Assembly: GCA_964563295.1 (NCBI GenBank) | Contig: CAZLWX010000001.1 | Span: 2,545 to 66,544, forward strand | From: an uncultured Roseivirgaceae bacterium | GTDB lineage: Bacteria > Bacteroidota > Bacteroidia > Cytophagales > Cyclobacteriaceae | Direction of reading: 5' to 3' | DNA length: 64,000 bases | Shown here: positions 9,521 to 19,803 of the stretch, in pieces | How positions within the stretch are numbered: position 1 is the first letter of the stretch | Layout: each line of letters starts with the position of its first letter | The notes under the pieces: generated by a model | Databases searched by the model: none | Seen by the model: only the letters and a program-made list of their open reading frames with translations | What the model was told of the DNA's origin: nothing | Translations under genes and position numbers: made by a program

Positions 9521-10717
9521 ATGAAAGACGCCTTCATTCTTGATATCGTCCGCACGCCAATAGGTAAATACGGAGGATCACTGTCTTCTGTCAGGCCTGA
9601 CGATCTTGCCGCGCTCGTGATTGGAAAGCTGATGGAGCGAAATCCCGGCATCAAGCCTGGTGATGTCGAGGATGTCGTGTTTGGCGCTGCCAATCAGGCT
9701 GGCGAAGACAATCGGAACGTTGCACGAATGGCCCTCTTGCTGGCCGGATTGCCAAAGGAAACCGGCGGCGTGACCGTTAACAGACTATGCGCCTCAGGAC
9801 TCCAGGCGATCATGGACGCTGCTCGCGCACTGATGGTCGGAGAAGGTGACGTTTACATGGCCGGCGGAGTCGAGAGCATGAGCCGGGCGCCATTTGTAGT
9901 GGGCAAGAGTTCGGAAGCGTTCTCGCGGAAAGCAGAAATGCATGACACGACCATCGGTTGGCGTTTCGTCAACTCCCGGCTGTCAAAGCTTTATCATCCC
10001 TATTCGATGGGTGAAACTGCCGAAAATGTCGCCGGCCAGTGGAAGATCTCGCGAGAAGACCAGGATAAGTTTGCCCTATCGTCGCAGCAAAAATACCGGC
10101 AAGCCCACGTCGCGTCACGATTTAAAGACGAGCTGGTTTCAGTCCCTGTTGTGAAGTCAAAAGCCGAGAGCGTGCTGGTGGAACAGGACGAACAACCCCG
10201 GGAGACATCGATGGAAAAGCTGGCTGCCTTGAAGCCTGCGTTCCGTGAAGGTGGATCGGTCACAGCCGGCAACTCGTCGGGAATCAACGACGGCGCAGCG
10301 GCAGCATTAGTCGTCAATGAGGACACTGTTAAAAGAACGAGCGCGCACCCAATGGCGCGTGTCGTATCGATGGCGGTAGCGGGTGTTGACCCCTCCACGA
10401 TGGGCATCGGCCCAGTGCCCGCAACAAGGAAGGCACTTAAACGCGCCGGCCTTCGCATGCAGGACATCGGTTTGGTTGAGTTGAACGAGGCGTTCGCGTC
10501 ACAATCCCTCGCATGCATACGCGAACTTGAGATCGATCCACAAATCGTCAATGTCAACGGCGGCGCCATCGCTCTTGGTCACCCCCTGGGCTGCAGCGGC
10601 GCTCGAATTTCGGCGACGCTTTTACATGAAATGCGACGAAAAAAAATCCGTTATGGACTTGCCACGATGTGCATTGGCGTCGGCCAGGGCGCCGCGGTGA
10701 TTTACGAATCAATCTAA
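9521..10717 (+). CDS. Acetyl-CoA C-acyltransferase (thiolase).
   Basis: Active-site Cys context NRLCASGLQAI and the C-terminal motifs NVNGGAIALGHPLGCSGARI and CIGVGQGAA. 398 aa. Confidence 0.9.
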   Translation: MKDAFILDIVRTPIGKYGGSLSSVRPDDLAALVIGKLMERNPGIKPGDVEDVVFGAANQAGEDNRNVARMALLLAGLPKETGGVTVNRLCASGLQAIMDAARALMVGEGDVYMAGGVESMSRAPFVVGKSSEAFSRKAEMHDTTIGWRFVNSRLSKLYHPYSMGETAENVAGQWKISREDQDKFALSSQQKYRQAHVASRFKDELVSVPVVKSKAESVLVEQDEQPRETSMEKLAALKPAFREGGSVTAGNSSGINDGAAAALVVNEDTVKRTSAHPMARVVSMAVAGVDPSTMGIGPVPATRKALKRAGLRMQDIGLVELNEAFASQSLACIRELEIDPQIVNVNGGAIALGHPLGCSGARISATLLHEMRRKKIRYGLATMCIGVGQGAAVIYESI

Positions 10718-10736
10718 CTTACTCCGACCACACCTG

Positions 10737-11420
10737 ATGGACAAAATCCAACCAATTGCCATACCGGGAATCCACGAGCGTTTCCTGAAATTCTTTACCG
10801 CAAGTTACCCATCGCGTAGCATAAAGGTGCTCGACCTTGCCGCCGGACATGGAGCCTTCACCCAGGAGCTTTTTCAACTTAATTACGATGTTGAGGCGTG
10901 CGATCTGTTTCCCGAGCATTTTCATTTCGATAAGGTAGTTTGCAAAAAGGCGGACCTGACGAAATCGCTTCCTTTCGACGACAACTACTTTGATGTGGTC
11001 GTTGCCATGGAAGTGACTGAACACATCATGGATCACGAAGTCTTTTTCAGGGAAATTCACAGAATACTGAAACCGGGGGGTAGGTTGCTTGTATCAACTC
11101 CGAATATTTTGTCGTTGAAATCAAGGTGGCGCTACTTTATGAGCGGCTTCTTCTATACGTTCAAGCCCCTGGAGCTAAGAAATTACAACGGCTTGCAGCA
11201 CACAGCAAGTTTAACAGCCGACCAATACAACTACCTCGGTGTCAAATTTGGATTCAAGGAAGTGCAGGTCAACGTCGACAAGTATCAGGGGACATCTATT
11301 TTTTTGATGGTCACTTACCCGTTGCTCTGGCTGCACAGCAAGCTCAAAAAGGTGAAACCTGTTCACAACACGCGCAATCTCCTGTTAGGACGCATCCTGT
11401 TTCTTGTTTTTGAAAAGTAA
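10737..11420 (+). CDS. Class I SAM-dependent methyltransferase.
   Basis: Motif I VLDLAAGHG, and downstream FDVVVAMEVTEH and LKPGGRLLVSTPN. 227 aa. Confidence 0.75.
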   Translation: MDKIQPIAIPGIHERFLKFFTASYPSRSIKVLDLAAGHGAFTQELFQLNYDVEACDLFPEHFHFDKVVCKKADLTKSLPFDDNYFDVVVAMEVTEHIMDHEVFFREIHRILKPGGRLLVSTPNILSLKSRWRYFMSGFFYTFKPLELRNYNGLQHTASLTADQYNYLGVKFGFKEVQVNVDKYQGTSIFLMVTYPLLWLHSKLKKVKPVHNTRNLLLGRILFLVFEK

Positions 11421-12171
11421 TTCGGTGCGATATTTTTTTGAAGTTGGGTATAACGGAAAGAACTACAACGGCTGGCAAAGTCAGCAAAACAGCCTGGGCG
11501 TGCAGGCTGTCGTGGAAAACGCGATGACAAAGCTCCTTCGCCAGGAGGTCCGGATCGTGGGCAGTGGCCGTACGGATACGGGTGTTCATTGCATCCAGCA
11601 ATTTTTTCACACTGATATTCAACATGAATTTGATGCTGACAATCTGCTGCTCCGGTTGAATTCGTTTCTTCCCCGCGACATCGTCATCCGGTCTATTCGC
11701 AGGGTAAAGCCCGACGCAAGCGCCCGTTATGATGCCATTGAGCGGACATACTGTTATGAAATTGCCCGGGAGAAGAACCCGTTCACCGATGGCCTGGCAT
11801 GGTACTTCTTCAAACCTTTGGATATTAGAACCATGAATACCGCCGCTGCGTTATTAATCGGCGAACACGATTTTGAATGCTTCAGTAAGGTAAAAACCGA
11901 TGTGAATCATTTTCTTTGTGACGTAAAGAAGGCGCGATGGGTGACCGACGGCGACAACCTGCGATTCACCATTTCCGCAAACCGTTTCCTGCGCGGAATG
12001 GTACGAGCAGTCGTGGGAACACTTCTTGATGTTGGGACTGGCAAAACAAGCATCCAGGATTTCAAGGCGATTCTCCGGAGTCGAGACCGGCGGCGCGCGG
12101 GTGCCAACGTTCCTCCTTATGGGTTGTATCTCGTTAGCGTAAAATATCCTTCACAGATCTTTCTTAAATAG
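11404..12171 (+). CDS. truA: tRNA pseudouridine(38-40) synthase TruA.
   Basis: RYFFEVGYNGKNYNGWQSQ, the catalytic-Asp motif GSGRTDTGVHC, and C-terminal RFLRGMVR. It overlaps the preceding gene by 17 nt, so the exact start is uncertain. Confidence 0.9.
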   Translation: MFLKSNSVRYFFEVGYNGKNYNGWQSQQNSLGVQAVVENAMTKLLRQEVRIVGSGRTDTGVHCIQQFFHTDIQHEFDADNLLLRLNSFLPRDIVIRSIRRVKPDASARYDAIERTYCYEIAREKNPFTDGLAWYFFKPLDIRTMNTAAALLIGEHDFECFSKVKTDVNHFLCDVKKARWVTDGDNLRFTISANRFLRGMVRAVVGTLLDVGTGKTSIQDFKAILRSRDRRRAGANVPPYGLYLVSVKYPSQIFLK

Positions 12172-13947
12172 GTGGAAAAAGAACAGGTAAGCAGCGGAAA
12201 CATCATAGACTGGTCTGTGCTTCGAAGGTTGATGCGCTTCGTCATGCCTTACCGCGGGCGGTTCTACCTGATTGTATTTCTTACCCTGGCGATCGGTGTA
12301 CTAACACCTCTTCGTCCACTCCTCGTTCAATGGACACTTGATACCGACGTCGCCCAGGGCGATTACTACGGGATGCTTGATATGATGATCATCCTGCTGG
12401 CACTCCTGGTGGTTCAATCGGCAGCGCAATATGCGCACACGTATCTCTCCGGATGGATGGGTCAGCAGATCATCCGCGATATCAGAACGAAACTTTACGC
12501 ACACCTGGTCAATTTGAGGCTGCGGTTTTTCGACAGGACTCCGATCGGTCGACTGGTTACGCGAACCATTTCTGACGTGGAGACGCTCTCGGATGTGTTT
12601 AGCGAGGGCCTGGCCGCCATGGTCGCCGACTTGTTGCAACTGGTGTTCATACTGGCGCTGATGTTTATTACGGACTGGCGGCTATCATTGCTGAGCTTGT
12701 CAACCATTCCGCTGATGCTCATCAGTACCTATATCTTTAAGGAAAAGATCAAGGTGGCATTCAACGACGTGCGGAATGCAGTCGCCAATTTGAACAGTTT
12801 CGTGCAGGAGCATATCACCGGTATGAACATCGTTCAGATCTTCGGAAGCGAGAAACGCGAGTTCGAAAAATTCCGGCAGATCAACGACGAACACAAGCAA
12901 GCCAACCTGAGATCCGTCCTCTATTATTCCATCTACTTCCCTGTCGCCGAAATCATTTCGGCGGCGGGTATCGGGTTGCTGGTATGGTACGGCGCCAAGG
13001 GTGTGATCCATTTTGATGAAACGGGCATTACGGTCGGCAAGCTCATCGCATTCATCATGTATATCCAGATGTTCTTCCGTCCAATCCGCATGATTGCCGA
13101 CCGATACAACACCTTGCAGATGGGTATTGTCAGTTCGTCACGTATTCTTAACCTTCTGGACAACAACGAGCACGTCCAGCCGGACGGGATGCTGACGCCC
13201 AGGCATATTCGTGGTGAAGTGGAGTTCAGCAACGTCTGGTTTGCTTATACCGATCAGGAATATGTATTACGCGACATCAATCTACATATCCGCGAAGGTG
13301 AAACCGTTGCTCTCGTCGGTGCCACCGGGGCTGGCAAGTCGTCAATCATCAACTTGTTGAGCAGGTTCTACGAGGTCAATCAGGGTTCCATTACTATCGA
13401 CGGCGTCGACATTCGCGAATATGATTTGGGGGCATTGCGTCGAAACATCGGCGTGGTGTTGCAGGACGTATTTCTCTTCTCCGACACCATACTTAACAAC
13501 ATCACGCTTGGAAACGAAGACGTCACCGATGAGATGGTGTGGCATGCCGCCGACCTGGTCGGCGCGCGGCCATTCATTGAAAGACTCCCAGGCCGGCTGC
13601 ATTACAACGTAATGGAACGGGGCCTGACATTGTCAGTTGGTCAGCGACAGCTGATCTCCTTCATACGGGCAATGGTTTACGACCCGCGGATATTGGTGTT
13701 GGATGAGGCCACGTCATCGGTCGATAGCGAAACCGAAGCAATGATTCAAACAGCAATCGGCAAGATGATGGCGGGTCGCACCGCTATCGTTATCGCGCAC
13801 CGTTTGTCAACGATTCAGAAGGCCGACAAGATAATTGTGATGGACCACGGCCAGATCAAAGAAATCGGGACACACGACGAACTCCTTGAGATGGACGGCT
13901 ACTACGCCAATCTCCACAAGTTACAGTATAAAGAGTTCGTCGGATAA
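12172..13947 (+). CDS. ABC transporter permease/ATP-binding protein (MsbA-like half-transporter).
   Basis: GTG start immediately after the truA stop. An N-terminal 6-TM domain is followed by Walker A GATGAGKSS, signature LSVGQRQLI and Walker B ILVLDEATSSVD. Confidence 0.9.
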   Translation: MEKEQVSSGNIIDWSVLRRLMRFVMPYRGRFYLIVFLTLAIGVLTPLRPLLVQWTLDTDVAQGDYYGMLDMMIILLALLVVQSAAQYAHTYLSGWMGQQIIRDIRTKLYAHLVNLRLRFFDRTPIGRLVTRTISDVETLSDVFSEGLAAMVADLLQLVFILALMFITDWRLSLLSLSTIPLMLISTYIFKEKIKVAFNDVRNAVANLNSFVQEHITGMNIVQIFGSEKREFEKFRQINDEHKQANLRSVLYYSIYFPVAEIISAAGIGLLVWYGAKGVIHFDETGITVGKLIAFIMYIQMFFRPIRMIADRYNTLQMGIVSSSRILNLLDNNEHVQPDGMLTPRHIRGEVEFSNVWFAYTDQEYVLRDINLHIREGETVALVGATGAGKSSIINLLSRFYEVNQGSITIDGVDIREYDLGALRRNIGVVLQDVFLFSDTILNNITLGNEDVTDEMVWHAADLVGARPFIERLPGRLHYNVMERGLTLSVGQRQLISFIRAMVYDPRILVLDEATSSVDSETEAMIQTAIGKMMAGRTAIVIAHRLSTIQKADKIIVMDHGQIKEIGTHDELLEMDGYYANLHKLQYKEFVG

Positions 13948-13992
13948 GCGCACCCCGTCGACAGCCGTTGTAAAAAGCCTATATTTGCCTTA

Positions 13993-14736
13993 ATGCGCTT
14001 GCAGTTACTGCTTTTTTTTGGTTTCCTCTGGTTGGTCACAGACCCTGTCGTCGCTCAGCGTTCGCCGAATAGCGGAAAGAGTCATTACACACGGCGCTAT
14101 TACAATTACAGGGCCCCGATGGTACGAGGAAGTAAAGCCAGGTTGGTTTGTCCGGAATTTACCCACAGTGAGTATCCCTACCACGGTATTGGATTTAAAC
14201 TCGGTGATCCCTTTGGATTTACTTACAAGTATTACGCTAACAAACGATTCGCGGTAGTCATCGACTTTGGCAAGCCTTCGAGCGCTCTGTACAGTCGTTA
14301 TTTCCGGGAAAAGTTCCCCAGCTACCAGACCGGATCCGACACCCTTAGTGCCAACGCTTCCCTTGCTTACTCTACACACCGCGTGATGTCGGACATGGTT
14401 GGGGAGGTTAAATTTCTTTACTCGGTGACAGCCGACAAGATCACCAAGGGGCTGAAGGGCTACATCGGCGCAGGATGGGAGTGGAAAAAGACTGCACTCC
14501 GTTATCATTATTTCTATAACCTCACTACACCAAACGGAGGTGATCTTCTCAACGAGCCCGGTATGTTCAATCGAACACGAATCGCTATGGGACCCGAGGT
14601 TGTGCTTGGAATCGAGTATGCCTATTTCGAGTTACCGGTATCCGCATTCATGGAGGTCGAACTTTTCACCGACCTTCAGGCCGATCCGGGGTGGCGCCGA
14701 TTTGAAGGCGGCGTTGGCCTGCGGTATACTTTTTGA
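13993..14736 (+). CDS. Hypothetical secreted small beta-barrel protein (paralog A).
   Basis: Signal peptide MRLQLLLFFGFLWLVTDPVVAQ. It shares the motifs GIGFKLGDPFGFTYKYY and C-terminal GGVGLRYTF with the next ORF. Confidence 0.55.
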   Translation: MRLQLLLFFGFLWLVTDPVVAQRSPNSGKSHYTRRYYNYRAPMVRGSKARLVCPEFTHSEYPYHGIGFKLGDPFGFTYKYYANKRFAVVIDFGKPSSALYSRYFREKFPSYQTGSDTLSANASLAYSTHRVMSDMVGEVKFLYSVTADKITKGLKGYIGAGWEWKKTALRYHYFYNLTTPNGGDLLNEPGMFNRTRIAMGPEVVLGIEYAYFELPVSAFMEVELFTDLQADPGWRRFEGGVGLRYTF

Positions 14737-14804
14737 CCATCTGTTTCCCGCTGGCCGTTTCTGTCTGATCGCTGTGTGGCCAGTGACTAAAATCAACAAT
14801 TGTT

Positions 14805-15380
14805 ATGAAAAAGGTAGCAAGTTTGCTGTTCTTCCTCTGCTATTTCGCGGTGGCTCAAGGGCAGGACAGGGCGATCGGGTTGCGGTTCGGCGATCCAACC
14901 GGCATCTCATACAAAAAATACCTGCCTCGGCACAAAGCTGTGGAACTCGGGTTGGGAACATCGACGATTGGCTGGCATCAACAATACTACCGCAATGCCT
15001 TTCGCGATTTCGACAAGTTCGAACCGTATGAGTATAGCGACCATCAGGTCTCAGGAACCCTTTATCTTCAGGCGAAATATCTCGTTCAATATGATATCGA
15101 AATTGAAGGTATGATCGGATCCCTGCAATGGTATTGGGGAGGAGGTGCATTGCTCAAGTTGTCGAAAATCAATTACCGGTATACTGACCCTTCGAACGAG
15201 ATCTTTCGCGATGTCCACACCGACGTCGATATTGGTCCCGAGGGAATCCTGGGCATGGAGTACACTTTTGAAGACGTGCCCCTGACGATCTTCGGCGATA
15301 TCAGTCTGATGATTGAAATTGTGGACCGACCGGGGATCCCGCGGGGATTCAGCGGTGTAGGTCTGCGTTACGATTTCTAA
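14805..15380 (+). CDS. Hypothetical secreted small beta-barrel protein (paralog B).
   Basis: Signal peptide MKKVASLLFFLCYFAVAQG. It has AIGLRFGDPTGISYKKY and C-terminal SGVGLRYDF, matching paralog A. Confidence 0.55.
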   Translation: MKKVASLLFFLCYFAVAQGQDRAIGLRFGDPTGISYKKYLPRHKAVELGLGTSTIGWHQQYYRNAFRDFDKFEPYEYSDHQVSGTLYLQAKYLVQYDIEIEGMIGSLQWYWGGGALLKLSKINYRYTDPSNEIFRDVHTDVDIGPEGILGMEYTFEDVPLTIFGDISLMIEIVDRPGIPRGFSGVGLRYDF

Positions 15381-15385
15381 GATGC

Positions 15386-17185
15386 CTAGCTCTCGATCGT
15401 TTTGTCGGCCTCTTCCGTCTGGGTTTGCTTTTCATAAAGCTCGCGGTACATGCCGTCCTGCGCGATGAGTTCCTCATGACTGCCGGCTTGCGCGATTACA
15501 CCATCAGACAGAACAACGATTTTCTGAGCAAGCTTGGCCGACGACACGCGGTGAGAGATGATGATCGTCGTGCGGCCTACCATGATACGCCTGAGACTAG
15601 ATAAGATGTTGTTTTCCGTTTTGGTGTCGACTGCGGACAGCGCATCGTCCAACATCAGTATCCTGGGCTCCCTGACAATTGCCCGGGCAATCGATACGCG
15701 CTGCTTTTGTCCTCCGGAAAGCGTAATGCCGCGTTCGCCAACCCGGGTGGCGAAGCCCTGCGGGAAAGCAATAATATTATTATATACGTCAGCATCCTTC
15801 GCGGCCTGGAATATTCTCGATTCATCAGCATCGCGCAGTCCAAAACCAATGTTGTTGTAGATCGTATCACTGAACAGGAATACATCCTGCGGTACATAGC
15901 CGATCTGGCTTCGAAGGCAGGTCAGGTCGTAATGAGCAATCGGGATGTCGTCAATAAGAATTTCACCCCCCGTGACATCATACATCCTGGAGATGAGATT
16001 CGATACCGTACTTTTTCCGGAGCCGGTGGTCCCGATAATCGCGAGCGACTCACCGGGGTTGACGACAAAGGAAATCCCGCGCAGCGCCCGTATGCCCGTG
16101 TCCGGATAGGTGAATGAAACATTTTTGAATTCGACCTTTCCTCCAATCTCGCATTCAAGATCCTTTTGGGAGACGATGTTTGTGTGCGTGCGGAGAAACT
16201 CGTTTATCCGCTTCTGCGATGCTTCCGCTCGTTGTACCAGGCTGCTGGTCCAACCCAGCGATGTTACAGGCCAAGTCAACAGGTTGACATAGATAATGAA
16301 CTCGGCAATCACTCCAATGGTGAGGGTCCCATCGATTACAAGCATGCTCCCGGCGTAGACCGTGAGAATTGTGCTTAGCCCGATCAACGCCATGATTATA
16401 GGAAAGAACAAAGCCTGCACGCGTGTAAGCTTCATCGATTGTTCTTTATAGTCCTCGCTTTCGGTTTCAAATTTTCCAATTGATTGCCTTTCCTGGTTGA
16501 ACGATTTCAAGACCCGGATCCCGCTGAAGGCCTCCTGTACGAAAGTCGACAGCCGTGATTGTCTCCTCTGAATTTCTTCCGATCGTTTCTCAATCTTATT
16601 GTTGACCAGGAAAATGCTGAGCGACAGCAACGGCAACGGACTTAAGGCATACCAGGACAATGTCGCGTTCTTCGCAAACATGAGTGGGATCAGCATCAGG
16701 AACAACGTGATCAACGTGAGCCCATACATGATGGCAGGACCAAGATACATGCGCACCCGGCTCACGTCTTCCGAAATCCTGTTCATGAGGTCACCGGTGT
16801 TGTTTCTCCGGTAGAAACCAAGAGGCAAACCCTGGTAGTGCTGAAAGATTTCGTTTTTCAGATCAAACTCGATGTAACGCGACATCACAATGAGCGTCTG
16901 TCTGACAAAGTACAGGAAGACTCCTCTTAATAATGCCATGAGCAATATCAATCCGGCATACATCAGCACTCCGAACGCGAACACTTGAAAGAAATCGCGC
17001 TGAAGATCCACCGCGTTGAAGGATTTGTACAAACCGATGTTGTCGACCACCAGGTCAATAGCATCGCGCACCAACTGTGCCGGGATAATCTGAAAAAGAT
17101 TCGACACAATGACGAACACAGTGCCGAGTAGGAGAAGGTGTTTATACTTATAGAGATACTTATTAAGATATCGAAGTTCTTTCAT
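15386..17185 (-). CDS. ABC transporter permease/ATP-binding protein (MsbA-like half-transporter).
   Basis: 599 aa. TMD followed by Walker A GTTGSGKST, signature LSGGQKQRVSIA and Walker B ILMLDDALSAVD. Confidence 0.9.
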   Translation of the reverse strand: MKELRYLNKYLYKYKHLLLLGTVFVIVSNLFQIIPAQLVRDAIDLVVDNIGLYKSFNAVDLQRDFFQVFAFGVLMYAGLILLMALLRGVFLYFVRQTLIVMSRYIEFDLKNEIFQHYQGLPLGFYRRNNTGDLMNRISEDVSRVRMYLGPAIMYGLTLITLFLMLIPLMFAKNATLSWYALSPLPLLSLSIFLVNNKIEKRSEEIQRRQSRLSTFVQEAFSGIRVLKSFNQERQSIGKFETESEDYKEQSMKLTRVQALFFPIIMALIGLSTILTVYAGSMLVIDGTLTIGVIAEFIIYVNLLTWPVTSLGWTSSLVQRAEASQKRINEFLRTHTNIVSQKDLECEIGGKVEFKNVSFTYPDTGIRALRGISFVVNPGESLAIIGTTGSGKSTVSNLISRMYDVTGGEILIDDIPIAHYDLTCLRSQIGYVPQDVFLFSDTIYNNIGFGLRDADESRIFQAAKDADVYNNIIAFPQGFATRVGERGITLSGGQKQRVSIARAIVREPRILMLDDALSAVDTKTENNILSSLRRIMVGRTTIIISHRVSSAKLAQKIVVLSDGVIAQAGSHEELIAQDGMYRELYEKQTQTEEADKTIES

Positions 17186-17343
17186 GTTCCAGCGGCCAAC
17201 CAGGCATTACCCTGTATCTGTTAATCCGTTGATTTTTCTTCAATAAAAGCGCCTGCCATCAGGGTTTGTTTTCAGAAAATTTGGTCAACGTACTTAAATA
17301 CGAAATATAGTTTTAATTGTTCCTGCAAACGTTTGAGAATATC

Positions 17344-17351
17344 TAATTTTG
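17344..17351 (+). promoter_or_regulatory. Candidate Bacteroidota sigma-A -7 box (TAnnTTTG) for the leucine dehydrogenase gene.
   Basis: Exact TAATTTTG lies 59 nt upstream of ATG 17410. No well-spaced -33 TTTG was seen. Confidence 0.3.
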
Positions 17352-17409
17352 GCCTTATCTGCGCAAATTAGGTCGGCGTAAAAGTATCACTCAAAAACTA
17401 AGGAGCAGC

Positions 17410-18516
17410 ATGGAAGTCAAGGAAATTGCCAAAACAACACGGGAGCATTCAGGCGTCTTCAATAGTATCGCTAAATCAGGTCACGAACAAGTAGTTTTCT
17501 GCAGCGATGACGAGACCGGACTCAAAGCCATCATAGCCATCCACAACACTGTGCTCGGCCCCGCACTCGGCGGAACGCGGATGTGGAACTATGCTTCCGA
17601 ACAGGAGGCGCTCACCGACGTTTTGCGGCTATCGCGCGGCATGACGTACAAGGCCGCCATCAGTGGCCTCAACCTTGGCGGGGGAAAGGCAGTAATTATC
17701 GGTGATGCCAGGACCATGAAGACCGAAGCTTTTTTGCGCAGGTTCGGAAAGTTCGTCAATAGCTTGAACGGAAAATACATCACCGCCGAGGATGTAAACA
17801 TGAAAACCAGCGACATGGAATTCATCCATATGGAAACCCGCCACGTCACTGGCTTACCTGAAAGCATGGGAGGCGGTGGCGACCCTTCACCCGTGACGGC
17901 TTACGGCGTTTACGTTGGAATGAAAGCCGCCGCAAAAAAAGTCTTTGGCAAAGACGATCTGGCAGGCAAGCGTATTGCCGTCCAGGGTATGGGCCAGGTA
18001 GGCACCCACCTGGTGGAACACCTCGTCAAGGAGAAAGCAACTGTATTTGTCACTGATCTTTTCGAAGACAAAGCCGGCGAAGTAGTAAAACGCTTTGGCG
18101 TCAAATCTGTCGGGCAAGATGGAATCTACGACCTCGACGTGGACATTTACGCTCCTTGTGCGCTGGGCGCAACCGTTAACGACGAAACGATTCCACGACT
18201 GAAGTGTCAGATCATCGCCGGTGCCGCCAACAACCAGCTTAAGGATGAAGTCCGCCACGGATACATGCTCATCGATCGGAGCATTACCTACGCGCCCGAC
18301 TTCCTTATCAACGCTGGCGGCTTAATGAACGTATATCACGAACACCTCGGCAATTACAATCGCGCTCGTGTGCTTCAACAGGCCGAGACGATTTACAAGA
18401 CGTGCCAAAATATTCTGGAACTGGCTGAACGGGAGAAAATTTCCTCGCAAGAGGCTGCAATAAAGCTTTGCGAGAAGAGGATCGCTGAAGTGGGCAGGCT
18501 TCAGATGGTCAGGTAG
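17410..18516 (+). CDS. Leucine dehydrogenase (Glu/Leu/Phe/Val dehydrogenase family).
   Basis: GPALGGTRMW, the catalytic-Lys region AAISGLNLGGGKAVI, and the NAD-binding GMGQVG. 368 aa. Confidence 0.85.
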   Translation: MEVKEIAKTTREHSGVFNSIAKSGHEQVVFCSDDETGLKAIIAIHNTVLGPALGGTRMWNYASEQEALTDVLRLSRGMTYKAAISGLNLGGGKAVIIGDARTMKTEAFLRRFGKFVNSLNGKYITAEDVNMKTSDMEFIHMETRHVTGLPESMGGGGDPSPVTAYGVYVGMKAAAKKVFGKDDLAGKRIAVQGMGQVGTHLVEHLVKEKATVFVTDLFEDKAGEVVKRFGVKSVGQDGIYDLDVDIYAPCALGATVNDETIPRLKCQIIAGAANNQLKDEVRHGYMLIDRSITYAPDFLINAGGLMNVYHEHLGNYNRARVLQQAETIYKTCQNILELAEREKISSQEAAIKLCEKRIAEVGRLQMVR

Positions 18517-18663
18517 ATACTTCCGCCACTCCCTCCTCTTCAAGCGCCAACCGGTCGCACCGCTGGAAACATTAACGCGAACCGCGTGGTGAAAACCTGT
18601 GGGTATTTCCTTAATTTTACGCCCTATCAAGTGATTTAGGCTACATTTTATCAGTTCTTTAAC

Positions 18664-19803
18664 ATGCTGAATCGAAGGAGTCTCAGGATTAAGGTGATGC
18701 AAAGTCTTTTTGCCCTGCAGCAATGCAGAGAAGCGAACGTTGAACTTTGCCGTGACCGTGTTTCCGAGGCTTTCATGCCTGACCTTAACTCCATGCAGGT
18801 TCAGGACAAGGATTTGCTCGCCCGGCAGCGGAAAGTCGCCGTCAAAACCTTCGAAAAAGCATTCGCCGATCAATCGTTTCCAGTTGAGCATGAAGATCAA
18901 AAGATTGAGAAGGTCATCAATTCGACTTTCAAGGATTACGACGACCGCGTGCGAAAGGATCAAGCCTTCTTTCGCAACACGCTGGTAACTGACATCCAGA
19001 AGATCTACAATTATTATATCAGTGCACTCAGCCTGATGGCCGCCTTTGCCGAACTGGCACAGGCCGACAAGAAAGTCAGCCATAAGAACTTTGTATTGAA
19101 CGCGTGGATACGCGCGCTGCACGACAGTAACGCCTTGAAGAAAGAGGCCTCCGCTGTGGGGGCGTCGTGGGATTCCCACAAGGAACAGGTCCGTACCTGG
19201 TTCCGCGACGTGGTACGCCAGGACAGTGAATATCTTGCTTATCTCGACCGGAAAAATCCGTCCGAGGAGGATCAGCGCAAGTTCGTCTCCTACCTCTTCA
19301 AAAAGGTTGTCTTTGGACGGACGATCATCAATGATTTCTATGAGGAAGAAGTCCTTCGGTGGACTGAGGATCGCGACATCGTCAAGGCCCTCGTGGAAAA
19401 AACGATCAAGTCGTACGAGCCTACCGGGAAAAACGAGATTGCTCTCCACTCCTTGTCCCTTACCTGGGAGGAGGACAAGGAATTTGTTGAAACCCTCTAC
19501 GACAACGCCGTTGCCCTTCCGGAAAAGTACAGGACCTTGATTGCTAATAACACCAGGAACTGGGAGGTCGAGCGTCTGCCCTTGACGGATCGAATAATCC
19601 TGGAGATGTCCATTGCCGAGTTCATCAGCTTCCCCAATATTCCCGTAAAGGTGACTATCAATGAATACATTGAGCTGGCCAAGAATTACAGCACCCCCAA
19701 GAGCCGTCAATTTATTAATGGGATCCTGGATGTTATCGCGAAAGAGCTGCAGGACCAGGGCGATATCAGGAAAAGCGGGAGAGGTCTTATCGACAACAAA
19801 TAA
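18664..19803 (+). CDS. nusB: Transcription antitermination factor NusB, long Bacteroidota form.
   Basis: N-terminal helix MLNRRSLRIKVMQSLFAL and C-terminal NusB core WEVERLPLTDRIILEMSIAEF...PVKVTINEYIELAKNYSTPKSRQFINGILD. About 240 extra residues lie between them. Confidence 0.85.
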   Translation: MLNRRSLRIKVMQSLFALQQCREANVELCRDRVSEAFMPDLNSMQVQDKDLLARQRKVAVKTFEKAFADQSFPVEHEDQKIEKVINSTFKDYDDRVRKDQAFFRNTLVTDIQKIYNYYISALSLMAAFAELAQADKKVSHKNFVLNAWIRALHDSNALKKEASAVGASWDSHKEQVRTWFRDVVRQDSEYLAYLDRKNPSEEDQRKFVSYLFKKVVFGRTIINDFYEEEVLRWTEDRDIVKALVEKTIKSYEPTGKNEIALHSLSLTWEEDKEFVETLYDNAVALPEKYRTLIANNTRNWEVERLPLTDRIILEMSIAEFISFPNIPVKVTINEYIELAKNYSTPKSRQFINGILDVIAKELQDQGDIRKSGRGLIDNK

